DNA from: Spirochaetales bacterium
GTDB lineage: Bacteria > Spirochaetota > Spirochaetia > Treponematales > UBA12059
Assembly (NCBI GenBank): GCA_016928955.1
Contig: JAFGJV010000034.1
Coordinates: 1 to 64,000, forward strand
Direction of reading: 5' to 3'
Length of the DNA: 64,000 nucleotides
The translations under genes were made by a program, and so were the position numbers. The notes beneath the pieces are model-generated. The model searched no databases and was not told the origin of the DNA. It saw only the letters and a program-made list of their open reading frames with translations. Shown one piece after another: positions 9,776 through 18,288 of the stretch. The first letter of the stretch is position 1, and every line of letters begins with the position of its first letter.

Positions 9776-10927
9776 CTACATCCGTACGCCGAGCACCAGT
9801 TTTGGCCAAACGTCCAGGTCCAGGAACGGCGTGCGGAGCTTGAATGCCGAGCCGCCCAGGAAACCTGTCCTGAGGCCAAGGGGGACCGTATCCGAGTCGG
9901 GAGCAGAGAAGTCCGCGCGTATGCCCACGCTCAGGGCCCCGCCGTTGCCGCCTATGGCCGCGCTCAGCTTGAGCGTGCCAAAAGCCCGGTCAAAGGGCAG
10001 GTTGTCATACCGGTGGTCGCCGATTTGGTCCCAGGAGGCGTACGCGTCCTCCGCGGGAAGTTCCATGCCCAGCTCGGCGTCCACGTCCACACAGCCAAGA
10101 CTGACGCGCTTGCCCAGGCCAAAACTGGCTGATAGGCCGTTGGGCGTGAACAGGTCCGCGCCTGACTGGCCAAGGCCAAGGGCCGTGTACAGGTTCCTGG
10201 TGCCCGAGCGCCAGACAAGGTGGTAGTAATCGGCCTCAGGCAACCATTCCAGGGCCAGGTCCGACACGCCGTCGCCAATCAGGTTGACAAGGCCTATGGC
10301 CGTTCCGTTCAGGCTGTCTGCCACGTTGACAAGGCCTATCATGACGCCGTTCACCCTGCTGGCCGCGTTGAACACGCCGGCCAGCATGACGCCGTTTACC
10401 TCGTCCGCCATGTTGAACACGCCGGCCAGCTGGCCGCCGTCCACGCGATCGGCCATGGAGAACACGCCCGCCAGCTGGACTCCGGACACCGTGTCGGCCA
10501 TGACGAACACGCCGGCTGCCTGGAAGGACGCCACCGAGTCGGCCATGCTGAAGACGCCTGACACCTGGGCGCCGTACACGTCGTCGGCCAGGGAAAAGAC
10601 GCCCGAGCCCTGGAAACCGTGCACGGTGCCGGCCAGGGAGCCTATCAGGCCCAGGGCAAGGGGTGTGTCGCAGTATTCCATGGGGAAAGAAAGTCCGGGG
10701 GTAAAGGACAGGACGAAGGGCGCCCAGGGTCTGCCCGAGTCGCCGTATTCCGTCTGCTCCGCGGGAGAACCTGCGTCCGACGCTCCAGGGTCGCCTGGAT
10801 ACTCCGACTGGAAATACCGATCGCGGGCCTCGTCCAGCACGCGGTCATCCGACGCGTCGCCCGCTTCCTGCGCGGCAACGCCCATGGCGGCCAGCAAAGC
10901 CGCCGCCAAAAACCACAAACGTTTCAT
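9776..10927 (-). CDS. Exported protein with tandem G-x-Q-x-x-G-V-F-x-M-A repeats (LA_2272-like surface repeat) and a possible C-terminal beta-barrel
   Basis: Signal peptide MKRLWFLAAALLAAMGVAA; about seven 15-aa repeats; alternating beta-strand pattern at the C-terminus. Confidence 0.7.
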   Translation of the reverse strand: MKRLWFLAAALLAAMGVAAQEAGDASDDRVLDEARDRYFQSEYPGDPGASDAGSPAEQTEYGDSGRPWAPFVLSFTPGLSFPMEYCDTPLALGLIGSLAGTVHGFQGSGVFSLADDVYGAQVSGVFSMADSVASFQAAGVFVMADTVSGVQLAGVFSMADRVDGGQLAGVFNMADEVNGVMLAGVFNAASRVNGVMIGLVNVADSLNGTAIGLVNLIGDGVSDLALEWLPEADYYHLVWRSGTRNLYTALGLGQSGADLFTPNGLSASFGLGKRVSLGCVDVDAELGMELPAEDAYASWDQIGDHRYDNLPFDRAFGTLKLSAAIGGNGGALSVGIRADFSAPDSDTVPLGLRTGFLGGSAFKLRTPFLDLDVWPKLVLGVRM

Positions 10928-11061
10928 GGTCACTCCCGATGGCGAGTGTATGTCAGTGCCTCCAACGGAGCGCACGGACACAAGTATATCCCTTTTTGGG
11001 AAAAAAACAGGAGCGCATCCTCAGCTTGACGCCGGACTGGTACGCGGGCATAGTCGTAGTC

Positions 11062-12345
11062 ATGAAACGACCATCGGGCGAGCGCTTTGAGCGCGATCTT
11101 CAGTACTACAAATTCTGCGCGTACGGCTTCCTCAAGGACCTGCGCTTCTTTGATCCCTTCCTGGTCCTGTTGTTCCTGGACAAGGGGCTGTCCTACCTCC
11201 AGATAGGGTCCCTGTACGCCGTCCGGGAAATTGCCGTCAACATCATGGAGATTCCCTCCGGGGTCATGGCCGACGCGGTTGGCCGGCGGCGGGCCATGGT
11301 CATATCTTTTTTGGCCTATATAGCGTCCTTTGTGGCTTTTTTCCTGGCCTCGGGTTACGCGGCCTTTGTCCTGGCCATGGTGGTCTTTGCCTTCGGCGAC
11401 GCTTTCCGCACGGGCACCCACAAGGCCATGATCTTTGACTATCTCAAGCTCAAGGGCTGGGCCGACCAGAAGACGCACTATTACGGGCACACGCGCTCGT
11501 GGAGCCAGCGCGGGGCCGCCCTGTCCGCGCTGATAGCGGGCGTCCTGGTATTCTGGCGCGGCGACTACGCGGTGGTGTTTCCCTTCACCATTGTGCCCTA
11601 CGTGCTGGACCTGATACTCATGCTCACCTACCCCAAGGAGCTGGACGGCCCGCGCCACGCCAGCCGCGGGGCAGTCCGCGACGAGTTCAAGCACGTGATT
11701 TCATCCTTTATATCCAGCTTCAAAAACCTGTCCATATTCAGGGCTATTGGCAACCAGGCCCTGTACACAGGGTATTACAAGGCCACCAAGGACTACCTGC
11801 AGCCCCTGCTCAAGGCCTTTGCGCTCGGTTTGCCCCTCATGCTGAGCCAGCCGGAAAAGGAACGCTCGGCCGTGGTGGTGGGCATCGTGTACTTCATCCT
11901 GTATCTGGGCACGTCCTATGCGGCGCGCTCATCCGGTCGCTTCTCGGAGCGCTTTAGCGGCCTGGCCCGGCCGCTCAACGGTACCCTGCTTACCGGCATC
12001 CTCCTGGGCCTGGGCAGCGGCCTGGCGTATGGTCTGGGCGTGGAAGTATTGGCCGTAGTGCTGTATCTGGGCATCTACCTTATAGAGAATCTCAGAAAGC
12101 CCATGGGCATAGCCTATGTGACCGAGCGGATGAACCAGGACGCCCTGGCCACTGCCTTGTCGGCCGAATCCCAGGCTGAAACGCTCATGGCAGCCATCAT
12201 AGCCATGGTCCTGGGCTTTTTTGCCGACCTGTGGGGCCCGGGCCTGGGCATAGCCGCTACCTCTCTGTGCTGTCTTGCCGCCGCGCTGCTCCTGCGCCTG
12301 CCTCCCGAGAAGGCGCAGGGCACGGCTCAGGCGGCCGGCGCCTGA
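11062..12345 (+). CDS. MFS transporter
   Basis: About 12 hydrophobic segments; EIPSGVMADAVGRRRA MFS motif A. Confidence 0.9.
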   Translation: MKRPSGERFERDLQYYKFCAYGFLKDLRFFDPFLVLLFLDKGLSYLQIGSLYAVREIAVNIMEIPSGVMADAVGRRRAMVISFLAYIASFVAFFLASGYAAFVLAMVVFAFGDAFRTGTHKAMIFDYLKLKGWADQKTHYYGHTRSWSQRGAALSALIAGVLVFWRGDYAVVFPFTIVPYVLDLILMLTYPKELDGPRHASRGAVRDEFKHVISSFISSFKNLSIFRAIGNQALYTGYYKATKDYLQPLLKAFALGLPLMLSQPEKERSAVVVGIVYFILYLGTSYAARSSGRFSERFSGLARPLNGTLLTGILLGLGSGLAYGLGVEVLAVVLYLGIYLIENLRKPMGIAYVTERMNQDALATALSAESQAETLMAAIIAMVLGFFADLWGPGLGIAATSLCCLAAALLLRLPPEKAQGTAQAAGA

Positions 12346-12347
12346 GC

Positions 12348-12893
12348 ATGCCCTTCCGGTTCACTCCCGGCCCGCTGGACGGTATCGTCGTTGTCAACGC
12401 CCTCTGCTTTGCCGACAGGCGCGGCAGCTTTACGGAAACGTACCGCCGGTCTGCCTTCCATGACGCCGGCATCATGGATGAATTTTCCCAGGACAATGTG
12501 TCCGTGAGCGCGCGGGGCGTGGTGCGGGGGCTGCATTTCCAGACAGGGGCCGGCGCCCAGCACAAGCTGGTGTCCGTGGTCAGGGGGACGGCCTGGGACG
12601 TGGCCGTGGACCTGCGGCCCCAGTCGCCCACGCGCCTCCGGTGGTTCGGCATGCGCATGGACGGCATGGACGGCGCCATGCTGTACATTCCCGCCGGGTT
12701 CGCGCACGGCTTCATGGCCCTGAGCCAGGAAGTGATCCTGTCCTACAAATGCGGGCCCGAATACGACGCGGCCCTGGACTCAGGCTACCGCTGGGACGAC
12801 CCGGATATCGGCATTGTGTGGCCTGACCCCGGCGTGCCCGTTGTGCTGTCCGAGCGCGACGCGGCCCTGCCTTTGGTGCGCGACCTGTTCTGA
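12348..12893 (+). CDS. rfbC: dTDP-4-dehydrorhamnose 3,5-epimerase
   Basis: DRRGSFTE, QDNVSVS..GVVRGLHFQ, DVAVDLR..SPT, YIPAGFAHGF, WDDPDIGI.WP, LSERD. Confidence 0.93.
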   Translation: MPFRFTPGPLDGIVVVNALCFADRRGSFTETYRRSAFHDAGIMDEFSQDNVSVSARGVVRGLHFQTGAGAQHKLVSVVRGTAWDVAVDLRPQSPTRLRWFGMRMDGMDGAMLYIPAGFAHGFMALSQEVILSYKCGPEYDAALDSGYRWDDPDIGIVWPDPGVPVVLSERDAALPLVRDLF

Positions 12894-12957
12894 GCGCCCG
12901 GATACTCAGTCCGGTAGGGCCTCGGGGCTGAACGGGGGAACCCATGGCCTTTATAGA

Positions 12958-13095
12958 ATGCAGAAGCCTCCGCCCTGTCCGGCTACCCGGCGGCCTGCCA
13001 CGCGCCGGGCAGAAGCCGCAGAGGCCCGGGCGCTTTCAAACGAGCTAGAGGACCTGCGGGAAGGCATCGAGCGTCTCTACGAGCTCTGGGCCTAG
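12958..13095 (+). CDS. Possible small protein (45 aa) immediately upstream of polB
   Basis: ATG at 12958; amphipathic helical C-terminus (ELEDLREGIERLYELWA); stop abuts the polB frame. Confidence 0.3.
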   Translation: MQKPPPCPATRRPATRRAEAAEARALSNELEDLREGIERLYELWA

Positions 13096-13104
13096 TTGAA
13101 GGCC

Positions 13105-15564
13105 ATGACCGAAACGGCGGCTGTTCCCCAAGCCCCGCCGGTGCTAGGATGGGCCATGGAACGCGTTGAAGGTTTCCTGGTCCATGCATGGACGGAATTC
13201 GGGAGCGGCCGGGTGCTGATGACCGGCCGAGCGCTGGACGGCCGCTCGTTTGCCGTGGTGGACGACACCTGGGCGCCGGCGCTCTACGTGCCCGCATCCG
13301 ACCTGGAGCGGGCCCGGGATACGGCAGCGGCCCAGGGTTATGACGCGACCGCCGGGAATCAACGCATGGTCCTCCCGGACGGCCGGCCCTGCGCTGAACT
13401 GCGGACGCCAGAGCGCGGCCGTAAGGCTCTGGCGTCCGCCCTGAGGTCGGCCCGTATCGATGTCTGGGGTGACGACGACAAGGCCGCCGACCAGTACCTG
13501 GCCGAGCTCGGCGTGAAAGCGGGCGTGGTCGTTGAAGGCGAGTCGAGGCCCGGCAGGAGGGTGGACCTGACCTTTCTGAAACCCGCCGTGAGCCCCGGCA
13601 AGGACGGGTGTTCCGCCCCGCTCCGCTGGCTGTCGTTGGACCTGGAGACCGCGCGGGACGGGCGTATCACCGCCTGCGCCCTGGCCATGGACGAGCGCCG
13701 CGCTTCCTTTATAGACGCCCCGGGGCCGGTGGCGGGCGCCATCACGATGAACGGCGAACAGGCCCTGCTGGCCGCCGTTCGGGACACCCTTGTGGCCTGG
13801 GACCCGGACGTGATCACCGGCTGGAACGTGGTGGACTTTGACTTGCGCGCGGTGGCCAGGCGTTGCGCGTTTCTTGGCCTGCCTTTTGACGCTGGCCGCA
13901 CGGACGCGCCCTTGCGAATACTGGAAAGCCCCGGCTTGCGGACGCTGGCCATACTGGAAGGCCGGCGCTGCGTGGACGCCATGAAGGTCATGCGCTCGGC
14001 CAAGGACCGTTACGGCGACCAGAGACTGGAAACCGTTGCGCGGGCTGTGCTTGGCCAGGGCAAGCTACTGGATTCCACCGGCGAGGAAAAGCTGGACGAG
14101 CTGGACGAGCTCCTAGCCCGGGATCCCGCGACATACGCGGCGTACTGCCAGCGCGACGCCGAGCTGCCGCTGGACATCCTCAGGGCCAGCGGCATGGGAG
14201 AACTGACGCGCCTTAGGTCCTCGCTTACGGGCCTGGACCTGGAGCGGGCATGGACCAGCGTGCCGGCCTTTGAGCGGGTGTACGGCCTGGCCCTGCGCCA
14301 GCGGGGTATCCTGCCTGCGCCTCCCCGCGGCGGTTCCGTGGGCGGAGCTCCCGGCGGTCTCATTCTCCCTCCGCGTCCGGGGCTTTTTGGCGTCGTTCTG
14401 GTCTTTGACTTCCGGTCGCTGTATCCGTCCATCATACGCACGTTCAACATAGACCCGGTGGCCATGTCCAGGGCGGGCCCCGACGCTATAGAGGCCCCGA
14501 ACGGCGCCCGGTTCTCGCGCGAGCGCGGTGTCCTGCCGGACGTCCTGGACGAGTGGGCCGAGCTGCGCCGCCAGGCCCTAGAGGACGGCGACGAGCCGCG
14601 GGCTTACGCGCTCAAGATACTCCAGAACTCGTTTTACGGCGTGCTGGGGTCGCCCGGCTGCGTATGGGCCGACGACAGGCTGTCCGGGGCAATAACCGGC
14701 TTTGGCCAGGAGCTGTTGAAGGCCACTCGGGACTGGTTTTCGGAAGCTGGATACGAGGTCCTGTACGGCGACACCGATTCCGTGTTCGTGCTGGCCGGAC
14801 CGGAGGCCGGCTCTGGCGCAGACGCGACCAGGACGCGAGCGTGCGGCTTGGCGGCCGGCGCCTGCGCCCATCTGGCAGAGCTCGTGCGCGGGCGCTGGGG
14901 CGTGGACAGCAAACTGGAACTGCGCTTTGACAAGCTGTATGCCAGATTCCTGATACCCAGGCTGCGCGGCGACAGGCTGCAACGCCTCAGGCTCGAGCTG
15001 GAGCGGGCGGGTGCCCGCGAGCTTGCCGACACGTTGCCCGAACCCAAGGGCCGGGCCAAAGGGTACGCTGGCCTCCTGGTCCATGAGGACGGCTTGACCA
15101 GCCTGGACATCAAAGGGCTTGAGGCGGCCCGGGGGGACTGGTCGCCCCTGGCGCGCCGTTTCCAGGAAGAATTGCTGGGCATCGCGTTTCAGCATGAGTC
15201 GGGCGACGCTTCAGGGCACGCGGCAAGGGATTACGCGCGCAGCCTGGCCTCAAGCCTGCGTTCGGGCAGCCTGGACGGAGAGCTTGCCTTCCGCCGCGTG
15301 CTCAAGAGGAACCTGGACCGCTACGCTGCCGACGCGCCCCACGTCAAGGCTGCGCGCTTGGCCGGAGCTACCGAGCGCGGAGATGTTGTGGAATACCTGC
15401 AGACCGCGGCCGGGCCCGAACCCGCGTCCAATCCGGGTTGCCGTCCGGATTACGCCTGGTACCTTGAGCGCCAGCTTGGCCCCATTTGGGAATCCGTGGC
15501 CGAGGCGGCCGGCTGGGAGCGCGACCTTATGCGGGTGGCCGGGGAGCAGGGCGAGCTGTTCTAA
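13105..15564 (+). CDS. polB: Family B DNA polymerase (DNA polymerase II-like); start uncertain
   Basis: Exo motifs DLET, ITGWNVVDFD, YCQRD; polymerase motifs DFRSLYPSII, KILQNSFYG, YGDTDS, KGYAG. Confidence 0.92.
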   Translation: MTETAAVPQAPPVLGWAMERVEGFLVHAWTEFGSGRVLMTGRALDGRSFAVVDDTWAPALYVPASDLERARDTAAAQGYDATAGNQRMVLPDGRPCAELRTPERGRKALASALRSARIDVWGDDDKAADQYLAELGVKAGVVVEGESRPGRRVDLTFLKPAVSPGKDGCSAPLRWLSLDLETARDGRITACALAMDERRASFIDAPGPVAGAITMNGEQALLAAVRDTLVAWDPDVITGWNVVDFDLRAVARRCAFLGLPFDAGRTDAPLRILESPGLRTLAILEGRRCVDAMKVMRSAKDRYGDQRLETVARAVLGQGKLLDSTGEEKLDELDELLARDPATYAAYCQRDAELPLDILRASGMGELTRLRSSLTGLDLERAWTSVPAFERVYGLALRQRGILPAPPRGGSVGGAPGGLILPPRPGLFGVVLVFDFRSLYPSIIRTFNIDPVAMSRAGPDAIEAPNGARFSRERGVLPDVLDEWAELRRQALEDGDEPRAYALKILQNSFYGVLGSPGCVWADDRLSGAITGFGQELLKATRDWFSEAGYEVLYGDTDSVFVLAGPEAGSGADATRTRACGLAAGACAHLAELVRGRWGVDSKLELRFDKLYARFLIPRLRGDRLQRLRLELERAGARELADTLPEPKGRAKGYAGLLVHEDGLTSLDIKGLEAARGDWSPLARRFQEELLGIAFQHESGDASGHAARDYARSLASSLRSGSLDGELAFRRVLKRNLDRYAADAPHVKAARLAGATERGDVVEYLQTAAGPEPASNPGCRPDYAWYLERQLGPIWESVAEAAGWERDLMRVAGEQGELF

Positions 15565-15596
15565 AAGCCTCAGGCCGAGCGCCCGGCCCACGCGTA

Positions 15597-16337
15597 CTAG
15601 TCTGCCGCCGACTCGATGAGCTCGAGCATGTGGTCCACGACGATGCGCTGCTGCTCGGTGGCCGATATGGTCGCGGTACCGTCTCCGGGTTGCAAGCCGT
15701 ACCAGCCAAACTGCGCGTGGTTGCCTCCGGGAATTTCCACCCACGCGGCAGACGGCGGCAAGCGGTCCCTGGACGCGCGCATTCTCTCGACACCGCCGTC
15801 CTGGCTCCCGAAGATGGACAGCACTTCCAGGTCTAGAAGGCCGCTCAGGTCCGTGCCCTCAACGGAGTAGGCCGCCCAGAGGAAGAGGCCTTTCACCGCG
15901 CGGGGATGCGTGGCCACGAATTCCGCGGCCATGGCCCCGCCCAGGGAATGCCCGCCTATGATCCAGCTGGTGATGTCCGGGTTGGCCAGCATGATCTCCT
16001 GGGCCTCGTCCGGTTTCAGCACGGCCAGGCTGAGGGGCATCTGGGGAATGACGGCGAAATACCCTGAGCGGGCAAGGGTTCTGGCCAGGGGCGCGTAGGC
16101 CGAGGCTTCCACGTGGCCGCCCGGATAGATAATGACCCCCGTGACTGGCACGCCGGCGGCCGGCCTGAACTCGATCCACTCGCCGTAGCTAACGCGCACC
16201 TCGTCGTCGCCCTCAAGGGCCGCGATAGCCTCCGGCCCGGCTTTCAGGGGATGGGCGCCCCACCACACAAAGCCGATCACGGCCAGAACCAGAAGAATGG
16301 CCAACGCTGCCAGTATCCTGCCTATCCATCTTTTCAC
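15597..16337 (-). CDS. Alpha/beta hydrolase, membrane-anchored
   Basis: IYPGGHV, GHSLGG nucleophile elbow, GSQDG, GGNHAQFGWYG.QPGD; GTG start with GGAGG SD. Confidence 0.88.
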   Translation of the reverse strand: MKRWIGRILAALAILLVLAVIGFVWWGAHPLKAGPEAIAALEGDDEVRVSYGEWIEFRPAAGVPVTGVIIYPGGHVEASAYAPLARTLARSGYFAVIPQMPLSLAVLKPDEAQEIMLANPDITSWIIGGHSLGGAMAAEFVATHPRAVKGLFLWAAYSVEGTDLSGLLDLEVLSIFGSQDGGVERMRASRDRLPPSAAWVEIPGGNHAQFGWYGLQPGDGTATISATEQQRIVVDHMLELIESAAD

Positions 16338-16726
16338 GCTCCGCCCTCCCCGGTGGGCGGCACCCAAGAGACCGCCGCACGATTACCGTAATTATACATG
16401 GGGCTTGACTGTGGCGCAAAAAAGGCGGCCTAGTTAGGTCAGTCTAATTATGGATAACGCTTTAAAAGCTAGTGAGAAGTTCTTTTTGAAAATTAGTGAG
16501 GGGCCTGAAGCGCTGGGCCCATCCGGTATTCTGAGGGTTTGGCGAGAACCCAGAGGAGGGCTTGTTGTTATGGTTAAAGCGGGTCTTTTCTAATTCATTT
16601 GAGGCGTGCTCTCAATATTCTAGTTATAATAATATATCTAAAAAATATTGATTATTTTTAAGGGGGGGTAAAATCATTTTGGTTTTCCTTGGCCGGGGTT
16701 ATCAAAATTGTATGAGGAGGAAGTTT

Positions 16727-16984
16727 ATGAAGAGGGTTTTAGTTTTGCTCATCATGTTGGCAGGGATCGCAGTTGCCCTGTATGCCTATCCAGACATGTG
16801 CGGTGATACTCCATGCTCAACTAGGATAGGGACAAGGACAATCGAGGATAAACTCTGCCATGGTTGCGGGGATGGCTGGCTTCCACACAAGTATGAAAAA
16901 TGGACTTGTGCACTTTATCTCTGTAATCAGGTTCGCTATACAAGACATCTGTCATACAGGGAAGGTTGTTGCTCCACCTGCTGA
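16727..16984 (+). CDS. Small secreted cysteine-rich peptide (85 aa, 9 Cys)
   Basis: Strong SD GAGGAGG at 16714-16720; Sec-type signal MKRVLVLLIMLAGIAVALYA; mature part C-x4-C-x13-C-x2-C-x13-C-x4-C-x14-CC-x2-C. Confidence 0.8.
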   Translation: MKRVLVLLIMLAGIAVALYAYPDMCGDTPCSTRIGTRTIEDKLCHGCGDGWLPHKYEKWTCALYLCNQVRYTRHLSYREGCCSTC

Positions 16985-17178
16985 TACCTGAACGGAGAAC
17001 TACGTAGGCTGAGCTTCTCCGTGTTTCCAGAGGGTATCCGGGGAAGCTCTTTGAACAAATAAGGAATAGAGCTAGCCTTTCAATCAAAGAAAAAAAATCT
17101 TTGATTGCTTGAACCAGCTTAAAAAAAATCACGGTTAAAACTAAGACACGTTATATGTTAAGTTGATTTGGGGGAAGT

Positions 17179-18288
17179 ATGAAGAAAAATTTTATAGCCT
17201 TGTCCGCGACAATAGTTCTAATTATGACTGTCGCCGTCGCCTTGTTATTGATTAACGACTACCGGAAAACCAACTCTCGCGACATGCCCCTGAGGGGTTT
17301 TGTGTGCGATAAAAAAACGACCCCTTCATTGCAGGGTCTGACGGTGCATGAGCTGGGGCGTTTGACAACGATGGACGGTGAAATCGTTGACAAGAACATT
17401 CTTCTTGGAAAGCCGGTTGTTCTGGTTTTTATGTTCAATGTTTGCGGCTTGGAATGCCCGGCATACGAACGCTGGCGCTTTTATGAAAAGCTGAATGAGG
17501 AACTGAACAATGGGCTTCAAATAATAGCCTGTGTGGTAGATGAAGCTCCTGAAGGGCTGGACAGCTATTTTGGGCCCGATGATGTGGTAATCAAGGGCAA
17601 GGGGTTGGCGGAATCCTTGGGGCTGCCGGGATCAACCGACTTGTTTTTCTCGTCCGGCGGGGTTTTCGTCCAATCAACGTATATAGATTGGTATTCCTGG
17701 CAAGAAGCGCGCGCGTTGGCGCGGTCGATTGTGGCTGATGGTGTCAGGACCGACGAGGAACCCTTGTTGAGTCAGAGAATATGGAACCGGAATGGAGCGG
17801 GAACGACTCTTGGCCAAGCCGTTGCCGACACCGGGGTATCGCTAGTATTCATGTCGGACAAGGACTGCGGCCCGTGCTCGGTGATATACGGAACTATGGA
17901 GTATATAGAAAAACGCTTTGGAGACCGCATTTCCATAGCTCTTTTGAGCCCATGCAGGGGGGATTCGTATCGAGAAGATGTTGAGGGGTATTACAGGTAT
18001 ATAGGCCTCCCTATCCATGCCTCTCACCTAGGTCGCCTACATGATGCACAAGACCTTCAAGGGGAAATTTCAGAACTGGCTGCCTATTTTGACATGAAAA
18101 CAAACGTTCCCGTGTTTTTCCATGAGATACAGCTCATGTGCGAGCTTGAAACAACGGAGGTTCCGGGTGTGGTGGTGTTTAAAGACGGTGCAATCTCGGA
18201 ACAACAGTTTTCATGCGGTTCCGGCCAGTCGGAGGATGGTTTTGAGCCACTGCTGCTAGAGATAGAACGCCTGCTGTCGTGCGAGTAA
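17179..18288 (+). CDS. Membrane-anchored protein with two thioredoxin-like folds
   Basis: N-terminal TM anchor; LTTMDGEIV...GKPVVLVFMFNVCGLEC (CxxxC) and SLVFMSDKDCGPC (CxxC) with a VPGVVVFKDG cis-Pro strand. Confidence 0.75.
   Translation: MKKNFIALSATIVLIMTVAVALLLINDYRKTNSRDMPLRGFVCDKKTTPSLQGLTVHELGRLTTMDGEIVDKNILLGKPVVLVFMFNVCGLECPAYERWRFYEKLNEELNNGLQIIACVVDEAPEGLDSYFGPDDVVIKGKGLAESLGLPGSTDLFFSSGGVFVQSTYIDWYSWQEARALARSIVADGVRTDEEPLLSQRIWNRNGAGTTLGQAVADTGVSLVFMSDKDCGPCSVIYGTMEYIEKRFGDRISIALLSPCRGDSYREDVEGYYRYIGLPIHASHLGRLHDAQDLQGEISELAAYFDMKTNVPVFFHEIQLMCELETTEVPGVVVFKDGAISEQQFSCGSGQSEDGFEPLLLEIERLLSCE

Noticed and set aside
10280..10620. 45-bp periodic DNA repeats as a CRISPR or ncRNA array
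   Set aside because: They are degenerate in-frame coding repeats of the surface protein; no repeat-spacer structure or cas genes in the window.
12348..12893. rfbC as part of a polysaccharide cluster
   Set aside because: No rfbA/B/D or glycosyltransferase genes are adjacent; it appears to be an orphan gene behind an MFS transporter.
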